Origin: Ruditapes philippinarum
Taxonomy: Eukaryota
Reading direction: 5' to 3'
Length of the DNA stretch: 64,000 nt
NCBI RefSeq assembly: GCF_026571515.1
Contig: NW_026861601.1
Coordinates: forward strand, 62,001 to 126,000
Shown: piece by piece, positions 28,501 through 38,300 of the stretch
Layout of the letters: every line of letters begins with the position of its first letter
Numbering within the stretch: position 1 is the stretch's first letter
Notes under the pieces: model-generated
What the model was told of the DNA's origin: nothing
The model's input: only the letters and a program-made list of their open reading frames with translations
The model's database searches: none
Translations under genes and position numbers: made by a program

Positions 28501-31500
28501 GTGTCCTATATGGTAAGAGCTTGGTCAATTATCTTCTTAGTGTATATCCCTTACTGAAAATGTCACATTTTAATCTCTGAGTGTTGACATTGTCTTACAT
28601 AAGTGGAAAAGAATTCTAAAGTACTTTTCCTAGAAGCATCTTAGCAAGAAATCTTCATGGACAAGTGATGCAAAGCCAGTTTCTGCTTTCTTCCAAGAGA
28701 ATTCCATTGAAAATATTTCATTCTCTACAGATTTGAGATAAGAAATATTGTACTGATGTGAGACCAGAAATATTGCCAGAGAGACTGTATCATAGCTTTT
28801 TAAAGCTCATGCTGTTGTGTTTAAAGCTTAATGAATACATTGTATTAATTTATAATCAGCAAGACTTTAGTCATGTTTTCCTTTGCCTTCCAATGCTCAG
28901 TCAAATGAATTAATAAAGATTAATTAACCACCAGCAAGGAGGCAAATTTACTCACCAGGTTATGTGATATTGGTGGAAATTGGTTTCAAACTTGTTTGCT
29001 TGTATTTCAGATTGAGTCCAATGAAACTCTAGATGTCACAGATTTTAAAGGTTCCCCTGTTGGCAAAATGAGTGTAAGTATTTAAGAGCTTTTTGATTCT
29101 ATTAATCATTCATTACCAAGACCTTTATAATTATAGTAAATTGATGTTGAAACAATATTTTGCTATAAGTATATTTTATTGTTTTATCTAGAACTTTATA
29201 AAGCTCATCAAAAATATAGTTTTACAGTTAGAAGCATACAACAAAATGTGTTGTAGAGTCTTAATTATGTTTGTTTAAATAGCATTTCATAAAACATGGT
29301 GTGGAGTGGAGTTGTAAAGAGCTTTCTGTTGATACTCATTAAACAAAGTATTAATTTGTAACAAACTAAACTTTCAATAGTTTATAAATAATTTGAGTTA
29401 GTGTCATTGTTTAAATTTATTATCTCCCCTTATCAGATTGGTGTTTTCCCATGTGATCCTAAAGGAAAGGAATTCACAGAAAAGGATGATAAATTTGTTG
29501 AAGATCCAAATGCTCTTGTTGGCAAGAATATTGACTTTAAGGTGAAGATTGTCAATGCAAGAGGACTACCAAACAAATATACAGTAAGTTTGGAGTAAAT
29601 TTGAGAATTTATTGCGAGAAAAAAAGTTTTCTTTCTTGACAAATTATCGTTTTTCTTGTTGTTGTTTAATAATTTGGATATAATTGTTGTTAACATTCAA
29701 AATCAGAGAAGTAATTGATTATATATTAAAAAGAAAAAGTATGCACTTGTGATGAAGGATGTATTTTCCATGTCATTTCAAGCATATTGGCACATTGCCA
29801 GTAGGCCAGAAAAGTAAAAACAGGTGCAATTATGACTTGAGAAAAATACTGTGTGACATTGCAGAGGGGCCCTCTGTATTGTAAATACCTCTTTTCAACA
29901 ACAGTATCAGTTTTTTCCTAAAGTTAGATTGAGAACAAATGCAATATCTCTAGATCATAGTTTCAGCTATGTCTCCCAAGGGTGTTGCTTTGTTGAGGTT
30001 GTACTGTAGGTTTTAGTCAGTATGGCAGCATTAAAGAAACTCCAGTAATGTCCAAAAGCCTAAAAGCTAAAAAATTTATTTTCTTGCATAGATCAGCTGG
30101 GGCACTTAAAACAGAAATACATGCAAATGATAGTTAAGAAATATACCAGGTTCCCAGTATAAATTGAAAATGGTATTTTTGTTAACCTTCTTAGTTCAAT
30201 TCACTTTTCAATTTTTGGTCATTTGTCAAAATTTGAATAATTATTCTGGAAAATGGAATGAACGAGCAACGATTTGAAATTTTGCACACATGTTTTTGGT
30301 CTAGATCTACATCAAATGGAAACATTAATCTCCAAAAAATATTTTTAGGCCCGTCATTTCAAAAAAACTTGGTGGAGTTCCTTTAATAACATGGTGTTTT
30401 ATTGGTCTGACTTGTGGCTTTGGCATTACTCTGTTGTAGTAACAGACAAGAAAGTCATATGACCATACGAGCACATGCAATTTGACCAGCCTTCATACTT
30501 ATGTCTGAAATACTTTATCATGATAACGACCAGTTTTAAAAGGGATGTCCAACAACTTTATTAAGGTAATTTAGCAGGTTAGTATTTTAATGAAAGCAAA
30601 AGTGCCCAGTCTGCCTTGAGTAAAAAAGCATATCACCAGTTGTAGCTATTATATATGTAATATATAAACTATTATATAATTTTTTTTTCAGGATGTCTAC
30701 TGTAAATATAAAGTTTATTTGGAAGACAAATTCACACAGACCAAAGCTATCAAAGATACAACTAACCCGGATTTTAATCATGAAAGAGTGGTCTCCATGC
30801 AAGGAACTCAAGAGGTAAAAACAAATTCTTCAAAAGAAATGAAGGAAACCAAAGTTCATTTCTTTTATTTGATTTTTTACTAAGAGATTTCATTACAGTG
30901 GCTTCTAATTAAAATGTTCTGGTCATGTATTTTACAATTTTAGGAATGTAATATTGGCACATAATTTATAGTTGTGAAAGGGATATTAATCAATTTTGTT
31001 GCAATGAATTTTACCATCAGTATAGTTACCATAGGCTAGCGGCCTTGTGGAAGTGTGCCTGCCATGACTGTGTCATGATTGGGTCTGATCCTTGGCTAGG
31101 TTTTGTTACACAATCTCTAGAGTGGGGAATTTTTAAGAGGGGAGAGATTGTGTAGTGATAGTGTTTGTCTCTCAACCAGTACTGGTTAGTTCCAGGAAGT
31201 GAACTTGAATATGGTTCAAATAAGTTTAAAGCTTTCATGATAATCATTCTAGAATAAATATGTGAATGTTATAGAATAAATACATGAATGTTGAAATTGT
31301 ACTAGTACCTGCTTCTGTTAAAGGGTTAATAAGGTTGAGTTTCAAGTCATTCCTGTGTTTTCAAAAATTTGAGAAGATAGCCTGTCATAAATTTTGTAAA
31401 TTAATGCATATATAGCATGGTATATTAATTAAACAGCACTACAAAAATGGCACTTCTACAAATCATTCCTGAGGCATGCACATTGCAGAATAGGCATATA

Positions 31501-34500
31501 GCAGGTAAAGTTAAAGTCATCCTAAGTTCCAGTGATGATTGTTTGACCTGTCATGACAAACTCGGTAGATTTTATATTTAGAGATGCTAAGATTCCACAG
31601 CATATGCAAATCTCCAGTTATGTCTTTGTAATAAAATGTATTTGATTTTTTTTTTCAGAATGTAGATTTTTTGAAGACAGGTGCATTTATTGTACAAATC
31701 TGGGGTAAACAGAAAGATCAAAAACCAAAGGCAGGTAACAAACTCAAGATGGCTGCTGCAGGAGGACAAGGTTTACATGTGGTTAACACAAACCAACAGG
31801 TGAGTAACTGTAGTATCTTAGTCAGTGATTGCACTGAGTAATGATTAAAGAAATACTATGCTCATCTTCGGGTATAATCATTTTATTGCAGAAATGTATA
31901 GAAATCTTGTATATTCTTCCTGAGTATGACTTATCTTAATAAGTGAATGTATGAACTATGCTTTGGAAGCTGCATTTTGTATAACTTGTCAATTTAATTT
32001 GGTGTTTTCTTATAAAAACTGCCAGTTTTTTAATGACACTATGTAATCACACTGTGATTACCTGTAGTGTGAAGAGTTTAAAATGTAACATATTTATTAT
32101 GTGTGTTCAAAGATGGTGTTTTTTTTTTTTCAAATATAAAAATTTAATTTGAGCATTATCTGGCATTATCTTTACCAAAGTCAAAGATTTTTTATTACAA
32201 TTTTCGGAAAAGGTTTTGGTATCTTATACTAATAAATAAAGCTTATAAGGGTGCTATGATTAAGTGCTTAAGGTCATTGCCCGGAATCACTTGTCCCTAA
32301 ATTACTGATTTGGGTTTGAAACACATCAGAAAAGACATACATTGTACATGTGGCACATTTTACTTATAAAGATAGTTTTATTTATTACGTTTCATCTTGC
32401 AGAGATTTGATCCAGAAAAGGTGAAATACATGATGGAAGTCACTGCATTGAAAAAGAGACAAGAAAAAATGGAGCATAAACTTGTGAGTTTATTATAATG
32501 TATCTATAATTGCGATAATTTATTGTAATAAATAATTTCTTACTTTACTTGAAAATAGGAAAATAAGTGAATTTTAGTTTCCCTGTAAAATTGTATTATC
32601 AAATGTTAATTATCTAATTGTATGTAGACATGGGACATAATATAACAGCTCTCTATGAAACACTATATTACAAGCTCACTTTGTAACACTATATTATAAG
32701 CTCACTATGTAACACTATATTATAAGCTCACTATGTAACACTTTATTACAAGCTCACTATGTAACACTATATTAAAAGATCACTATGAAACACTATATTA
32801 GAAGCTCAATATGAAATAATATATTACAAGCTCACTATGTGACACTATATTACAAGCTCACTATGAAACACTATATTACAAGATCACTATGAAACACTAT
32901 ATTACAAACTCACTATGAAACACTATATTACAAACTCACTATGAAACACTATATTACAAGTTCACTTTGTAACACTGTATTACAAACTCACTATGAAACA
33001 CTATATTACAAACTCACTATGAAACACTATATTACAAGTTCACTTTGTAACACTATATTACAAACTCACTATGAAACACTATATTACAAACTCACTATGA
33101 AACACTATATTACAAGTTCACTATGTAACACTATATTACAAACTCACTATGAAACACTATATTACAAGCTCACTATGTAACACTATATTACAAGCTCACT
33201 ATGTAACACTATATTACAAGCTCACTATGTAACACTATATTACAAGCTCACTATGAAACACTATATTACAAGCTCACTATGAAACACTATATTACAAGCT
33301 CACTATGAAACACTATATTACAAGCTCACTATGAAACACTATATTACAAGCTTGCTATGATTGTAACACTATATTACAAACTCACTATGAAACACTATAT
33401 TACAAACTCACTATGAAACACTATATTACAGGTTCACTATGTAACACTGTATTAAAAGCTCACTATGAAATACTATATTACAAACTCAATATGAAACACT
33501 ATATTACAAACTCACTATGAAACACTATATTACAAGTTCACTATGTAACACTGTATTAAAAGCTCACTATGAAACACTATATTACAAGCTCACTATGTAA
33601 CACTATATTACAGACCCACATGAGAAAAATGATTGAGGTAGCTGAGGAGCATCAGAAACGTAAAGTATCAACAAAGTTGATCAAGGACATTTACAATGCA
33701 CCTACCAATGACCAGGCCGAGAAGTGTATAGCTCTTATACCTCTGGAGAAAGGTAGGAAACAGTGGTAGGTGTCACACCAGCCAACCTCGTGCTACCAAA
33801 CTAGAATTGATTACAATATTTTAACAAAACAAATTTTGTTAGACTTGTTGACAAATCTCATGATGGAGTAGAAAAGGGATTTTTTCGGTCTTCCAACATT
33901 AAAACTTATACTTTACCATATTTATAGTGCACAGACAGTCCCGCCGGGATTCAGGTTCAAATCATTTTTGGGACATTTGATTTCTTCACGTAAGCAAGCT
34001 ATCTGGGGTGGGCTAGATGATAGAAAGTCAGTTGCGATATTCGGTGCTTGCAAGTGCCTTACATACAATGTAGTGCCATATGACCTGTACAGTTTTGGTT
34101 TGACTTTAAAGAAAAAAAGATATTAATAATATCTGTTACATGTTAAGGTTTGGATTGGAAAATCAGACAACTTTATTTAAGTAATCTAGCAGCCATGTAA
34201 TGTATTGATGAAATCAAAACTGCCCAGTCAGTGTGTGAAATTATCTTCCAAATATATTTTAATATTTACGTCATGAAATTTCTAGCATGGGTAAAACTAA
34301 TGGACACACCACTGTGATATGTAAGAAATTTAGATCTATAACAATACTGACTTGGGGAAAAATAATTACAAAATATCATTAGAAGTGGAAAAAATAAGCA
34401 ATAAGAGTTCTAGATTGGTAGCATGAGTGTTTCCAAGCATGTCTATAGTGAGTTACATGCATTGGAAAGTTTTAATCTCTTATTTTTATATTTAAGAAAA

Positions 34501-35339
34501 AAAAATCTGTAGAGCTGGTAGGCCTACCAATCAAATTTCAATATTTTTACTATTTCTCCAACAAAATAATTATACAAAATTGTACATTGGACTGATGTTT
34601 CAGCTGAATGATCAAACCTACAAGAGTGATAAACATTAATAAGATAGTACAATAGCAGTATTAGAAATTGAATTGATGAATTTTTTAGAATTAAGAAAAT
34701 GAAATATTTATGACAAGCAATATGTTAAACATTCATTTATTTTGATAACTCTGACTTAAAAAGTGATAACTCTGGCTTAAAAAGTGATAACTCTGATTTT
34801 AAAAGTGATAACTCTGATTTAAAAATGATAAAGCTGAAACTTAAAAATTGATAACTCTGAAACTTAAAAAGTGAGAACTCTGGCTTGAAAAGTGAGTACT
34901 CTGATTTAAAAAATAATTACTCTGACTTAACAAGCTGCTATTATGTGGTTAACATATTTCAATTTTTTCTTGGTATTGACTTTTAGATTAAAAATCAATT
35001 TTTATTATTGAGAAATATTTCTGGTTTAGATTCGGATGATGAAGATGGTGACGGGGGAGGAGATTGCTGAAACAATAAGGAAACCAATTGGCTCTGGTTC
35101 CCCCTAATAAACAAGACAAACAAGATACACAAGGAACCGATGGTAAGAAAAAACATAAGAGATCAGGATCAAAATCTTCTCACAGCTCTAGCTCCAGCAG
35201 CAGCTCTTCAGATTCCTCCGATGACGAGAAAAAGAAGGCAAAAGGCAAAGAAAAGAAAGTATCACCTAAACACAGTGCGCAGAAACAAAAACGTCCTTCA
35301 AGTCCCAAGAAGAAATCAAGTGCTTGTGTACTTCTTTAA
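4499..35339 (+). CDS. KIF28: Kinesin-3 family motor, KIF28/KLP-6-like (whole gene, 23 coding exons; 973 aa if it ends at TGA 35068-35070, about 1046 aa if the CaaX tail ending 35339 is reached)
   Basis: The exons join in one frame with matching phases: KVAVRVRPF|[15 protein letters not shown]-loop [14 protein letters not shown], switch I NATSSRAH, switch [36 protein letters not shown], neck VNEDP, FHA ([11 protein letters not shown]...HHDRLVFG), C2-like (NARGLP...TNPDFNHE). The subfamily is assigned from remembered family features. Confidence 0.9.
4547..7636 (+). other. U12-type (minor spliceosome) AT-AC intron, 3090 nt, phase 0
   Basis: 5' site ATATCCTTT at 4547, branch TTCCTTAAC at 7618-7626, 3' site CAC at 7634-7636. 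Removing it joins RVRPF to NGREK in frame. Confidence 0.95.
7076..7293. mobile_element. Non-autonomous TIR element with 8-bp TSD (hAT/P-like MITE), copy 1
   Basis: Ends CATATAAGTGAACT / AGTTCAAATGTATG; flanks CCCATACC / CCAATACC. Confidence 0.8.
7637..7843 (+). CDS. KIF28: Kinesin exon 2 [15 protein letters not shown]...[12 protein letters not shown]...KFADQ
   Basis: Kinesin-3 motif FDFSYWSH; GT donor at 7844. Confidence 0.95.
8312..8444 (+). CDS. KIF28: Kinesin exon 3 with P-loop ([17 protein letters not shown])
   Basis: AG/GT bounded; Walker A. Confidence 0.96.
9201..9280 (+). CDS. KIF28: Kinesin exon 4 ([11 protein letters not shown]...QFE)
   Basis: ttttccccag/gtgaga; phase 1-0. Confidence 0.93.
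9662..9869. mobile_element. Same MITE family, copy 2, inverted relative to copy 1 and inserted in an older MITE
   Basis: Perfect 14-bp TIR CATACATGTGAACT; perfect 8-bp TSD CCTGGAAA (9654-9661, 9870-9877). Confidence 0.9.
10158..10269 (+). CDS. KIF28: Kinesin exon 5 ([17 protein letters not shown]...RQHPKSGFY)
   Basis: LEIYNE motif; cag/gtaagt. Confidence 0.95.
11161..11272 (+). CDS. KIF28: Kinesin exon 6 (...[17 protein letters not shown])
   Basis: First half of switch I; cag/gtaaac. Confidence 0.95.
11527..11758. mobile_element. Palindromic MITE with ~95-bp arms; a right-half copy lies at ~16430-16535
   Basis: TGAGC...GACCAGCATGGATCCAGACCAG / CTGGTCTGGATCCATGCTGGTC...GCTCA flanked by TA (or ATAT). 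Confidence 0.85.
12975..13150. repeat. ~58-bp tandem repeat, 3 copies
   Basis: GGTCATTT..AAATACAATT....GATATTTTGATT repeated. Confidence 0.75.
17153..18070 (+). mobile_element. Helentron-associated (HINE/DINE-like) element with ~4.8 internal 164-bp tandem monomers
   Basis: Subterminal IRs GCTCGACTATTC / GAATAGTCGAGC, (GGCGTC)n microsatellite, 3' hairpin GCTGTC-n5-GACAGC, end TCTTGTT in a T-run; monomers at 17228, 17392, 17557, 17721, 17885. Confidence 0.85.
18282..18389 (+). CDS. KIF28: Kinesin exon 7 (RAHTIV...VNLVDLAGS)
   Basis: Switch I end and switch II. Confidence 0.95.
18758..18959 (+). CDS. KIF28: Kinesin exon 8 ([27 protein letters not shown]...[10 protein letters not shown])
   Basis: Conserved L11-alpha4-L12-alpha5 region. 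Confidence 0.96.
19452..19512 (+). CDS. KIF28: Kinesin exon 9 ([20 protein letters not shown])
   Basis: alpha6 motif; tag/gtaagt. Confidence 0.95.
19562..19873 (+). mobile_element. Kolobok-like MITE (TTAA TSD, AGG...CCT ends)
   Basis: TTAA|AGGAACTCTTCTGAGG ... CCTCAGTGGAGTCCCT|TTAA. Confidence 0.75.
20011..21795 (+). mobile_element. HINE-like element with ~11 tandem 145-bp monomers
   Basis: TATGCCCCC / GGGGGCATA subterminal IRs, (GGTCCGTC)n, 3' hairpin ATGTTT-TAC-AAACAT, end TCTTGTT; monomers at 20099, 20244, 20389, 20534... Confidence 0.88.
21972..23739 (+). mobile_element. HINE-like element with two kinds of internal repeats and a nested insert
   Basis: ATGCCCCCGG / CCGGGGGCAT IRs, (GTCC)n, hairpin GTGTTT-AAC-AAACAC, end TCTTGTT. 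Confidence 0.8.
22015..22183. mobile_element. Small TIR element nested in the HINE microsatellite
   Basis: AGCAGACG...CGTCTGCT; near-duplicated flanks GTCAGTCCG / GTAAGTCCG. Confidence 0.6.
23824..23994 (+). CDS. KIF28: Kinesin exon 10 (ADRAKQIK...[21 protein letters not shown]...)
   Basis: Motor end and kinesin-3 neck coil. Confidence 0.95.
24348..24469 (+). CDS. KIF28: Kinesin exon 11 (coiled coil [12 protein letters not shown]...LEEAKLT)
   Basis: tttttag/gtaagt; frame consistent. Confidence 0.9.
25041..25219 (+). CDS. KIF28: Kinesin exon 12 ([15 protein letters not shown]..., start of FHA)
   Basis: PHLxNLNxDP motif of kinesin-3. Confidence 0.93.
25648..25931 (+). CDS. KIF28: Kinesin exon 13 (FHA: RNGKAV...[10 protein letters not shown]...FEMAQAEIA)
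   Basis: FHA motifs; overlaps ORF 25688. Confidence 0.94.
26739..26887 (+). CDS. KIF28: Kinesin exon 14 ([29 protein letters not shown]...GRTE)
   Basis: EANxxSxxLxK kinesin-3 motif. Confidence 0.93.
26912..27545. repeat. G-rich 52-bp minisatellite, about 12 copies
   Basis: Unit GGGTTGGGATGGGAGTAAACTGGTAGACAGGAAACAGGTCCATTGGATGGCA. Confidence 0.95.
28018..28152 (+). CDS. KIF28: Kinesin exon 15 (VMVKM...[18 protein letters not shown]...)
   Basis: WxxxKFxxR..MxEM kinesin-associated motif. Confidence 0.92.
28429..28512 (+). CDS. KIF28: Kinesin exon 16 (DKDPFYDDP...[14 protein letters not shown])
   Basis: DPF motif; cag/gtaaga. Confidence 0.92.
29011..29073 (+). CDS. KIF28: Kinesin exon 17 ([21 protein letters not shown])
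   Basis: tttcag/gtaagt; phase 0-0. Confidence 0.88.
29437..29583 (+). CDS. KIF28: Kinesin exon 18 ([10 protein letters not shown]...FVEDP...[10 protein letters not shown])
   Basis: Start of C2-like domain. Confidence 0.92.
30035..30382 (+). mobile_element. Second Kolobok-like MITE of the same family
   Basis: TTAA|AGAAACTCCA ... TGGAGTTCCT|TTAA; shares ATAGATCAGCTGGG and GGTCTAGA blocks with the copy at 19562. Confidence 0.72.
30692..30814 (+). CDS. KIF28: Kinesin exon 19 (DVYCKYKVY...TTNPDFNHE...)
   Basis: C2-like motifs. Confidence 0.92.
31659..31799 (+). CDS. KIF28: Kinesin exon 20 ([18 protein letters not shown]...)
   Basis: End of C2-like domain; cag/gtgagt. Confidence 0.9.
32403..32483 (+). 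CDS. KIF28: Kinesin exon 21 ([27 protein letters not shown])
   Basis: cag/gtgagt; coiled-coil-like. Confidence 0.87.
32648..33613. repeat. 26-bp minisatellite, about 37 copies
   Basis: Unit CTCACTATG(A/T)AACACTATATTACAA(G/A). Confidence 0.96.
33614..33752 (+). CDS. KIF28: Kinesin exon 22 ([15 protein letters not shown]...IPLEK)
   Basis: The acceptor is the end of the 26-bp minisatellite; donor G|GTAGGA. Confidence 0.85.
34744..34930. repeat. 21-23-bp minisatellite, about 9 copies
   Basis: GATAACTCTGACTTAAAAAGT variants. Confidence 0.85.
35030..35339 (+). CDS. KIF28: Kinesin terminal exon region: [13 protein letters not shown] (35030-35070) plus an out-of-frame Ser/Lys-rich tail ending [10 protein letters not shown] (open 35079-35339)
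   Basis: Acceptor tttag at 35029; purine-rich coding-like composition; CaaX immediately before TAA. How the frames connect is unresolved. Confidence 0.7.
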
Positions 35340-38300
35340 GTTTAATTCCATAATTATTTTCTGTTCATCTTCTTGATGATGAAGTTTTTGTCTAAAATTA
35401 AAATACGGAATATATTTTTCATTGTTATAAGAATAATTCACTTTAGTCTTAAAATGATATGTAACTGATAGAAACATATCTTTGTTTATTCTTTATTGAC
35501 CACTTAAATTTAACTTTTAAAGCTTTGGGGTTGTTTTTAGATATTTGACTTTAATTTATCAATGGTGAATCTTAGATTTTTGCTCCAATGTTATTTACTT
35601 TTACAAATAAACAGTCTTACGGTTCTTGTTATGTCTTGTTGACGAAATCTTGTTGGTTGTGTTATTTTGTATATAAAACTTTAGATAGTGACCTTATGGG
35701 GTAATTATACTCAAACTGTATCAGACATTAATTTAAAATGCTTTGTTGTGCGATGAAAATGAACTTGAATCATACGAAATGGAACAGATGTATATGTGAA
35801 ATATGAACAGATAGATACATTTTGTGCTGATTGTACATGTATGTCTGACCTTAAATTATAATTGTTGACCTTTTTGCTTTTGTTGTATAGTAAAATATTT
35901 TTGCGGTTATATTTTTATGTAGATAATTACAATTTGTCCTTAAAATCATTCCGTCCAGTGAATTATGTGTCAGTATTTTAAGTATGAAATTAGTGATTTT
36001 GTTATTTCATTGTGTTTTTCTTATAATTATAAATGTAAATATTTCCTAAATTATCTTTATATATACATATATATGTATCAGGTTGTAGGTGTGAAACCAT
36101 TTTAATTTTATATGAAATACCGTGAAATTTGGAACTGTCTGTAATTCGGCCTTATCAGTGCAGGTATAATGACGCAGACTTATCAAGATTATGTTCATCC
36201 AATTAGGAAAATGTGCATCATAATTTCTGCACTTCAATATAATAACAGTGATGTTTCTCTTTAATATACTGAAACAAGATATTGATCACTGAGTTCTAGG
36301 TATGCTTTTCCTATTGTTTTAAGGCTAATTTGAGAACTACACACATTTTTTTCTTCGCTTTTTGAATATCGATACTATAGTTTCAAATAGTATTTGCGAG
36401 CATGTCCCTTAATTGTACTTAGTATCTTCTATTTGGACCACACATAGTTCTACATACATAAATATATTAATGTACCGTATGTGTCACCATTTCACTCATG
36501 TAGTTTAATATAACCTTCAGAAACCATGTTAAATCATATGATGTCATCATCTATTTATAGCAATGTTTATTTTTAGCTCAAGTTTACACATAATATAACA
36601 TATTCCTTATATGTTCTGTGTACTCAGATGTCATGCAATACTAAAAATGATCTTCATTGATTTATACATGTTTTTTTGTGCTCAATATTTCTTTTTTCGT
36701 TGAAAATGAAAAAAAAAATCTAATATGGTTAGAAAAATTTAGATATGAAATATAATACCTTTATATGCAAAGCATAATAGAAGAGGTGAAGTTGTATTAC
36801 CTTGTATTATCCCCTTTTTCCAATATATATTATTTAAAGGGACATTACTGCTGTGTTATTCTGGAATGTTTACTGCCATATTTGTACCCATGATGACATA
36901 ATCTTTTTTTTATGCACTTGAAAATTGTTGACATTTGTGAACTGTTTTAGCAGAGATGTAGAAAGTGCTTTATGTTTTATCATCAGCCTAAATGATCAAG
37001 TGAGACTGACTACCTTATGTAGTCATGTGAAAGACACATTTAGTCAAATTGACTATCAAGGTAGTCATTGGTCCAACTACTATGTTATATAAATAAACAT
37101 TCTCATTTTAACTGAAAATTTATTAACCAATTAAGTAGGTAGTCATATTCGAATTTGAGAAAAGGCTAATAACAAATAAGGTAGCCATATGCTAATTTAA
37201 GAACACATGATCAATTAAGTAGTCATGTGTTAAATAAAGATCTGGTAGTCATGTGTTATATAAGATCCAGGATAGATTACACATACAGATAAAATGTTGG
37301 GGGATTAAACTTTCCCCTGAGAAATGTAATAAAAATGACGGTAAAATATAAATTAATATATAAGTTATAAATTTATAAAATTATCTATAAACATAAGTAA
37401 ATTTTATAGCCAATATTAACATAGTATTAAATGTGTGGTTTCTTTGTATTCTTCCTTTTCATCTAGTATTTAATCAGACAAAATAATGGTGAAAACCATT
37501 CTCTTGAAGCGAAAACTGTGATACGGAAATGTATAACACTAATAGCTATTCAATTCTCATATAATCTTTCTTGAAAAATTAATCAGAATCTATTAAAATG
37601 AAAAATTAGTAGTAAATCTGTAGTATTAATTCACTTATATCAATCACATGTAGTAAAATTGATTAAGTAAAAGTAGTAAAATTGATTAACCAGTAGTAAA
37701 ATTGATTCAAATATAAATTAATTAATATAATTATGGATTAATTGATTGATTAACCTCACTTTGGAAGCATTTTCTGTGATACAAATAGATAATATATGTA
37801 AAGTTAGGTCAATATAATAATGCATAGTGCTAGACTATAATTTAGCTCTAAACTTTTGAAATTTGCTGACTCGGCAATTTTCAAGCTCATGGGCAATTTC
37901 TGTGATAAAATATACATGAAATATATATATTTCTTCTTATATGTAAAGCACTAGTTAAAATTTAAACAACTTGTATTCTTAGGGAAACTCAAATAGTGGT
38001 TTGATAAAGTTTTCAGTCTGTTTTTTGAAACAAAATGTATTTGAATAACATTTTTTTTCAAGCTCTAGAAGCCGAATCTGTGATATTTAAGGCGCTGTGA
38101 TACATGTGGTTGCAGGTGTTCAGTTCGGCTTGATTTCTTACATTTTACAGGCTTAGAAGTGAAAATGAACCAATTTGCCATGTGCTTTGATTGCAGCAGT
38201 GCTACATTGCCCTGGCTCATTGTTTTTGCAATGCAGACTCCTTAAAAATGTGATTGAAGGACAATTGTTATTTTTTAGGGGTTTAAGGGGTGCATGGATT

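Noticed and set aside
32648-33613. CRISPR-like regular repeats (also 52289-52620)
   Set aside because: Head-to-tail units without unique spacers, no cas genes, eukaryotic context.
35065-35070. TGC-TGA as Cys-Sec, or readthrough into ORF 35140-35376
   Set aside because: No SECIS recognised, no redox context, and the readthrough peptide looks like an off-frame shadow of the CaaX tail.
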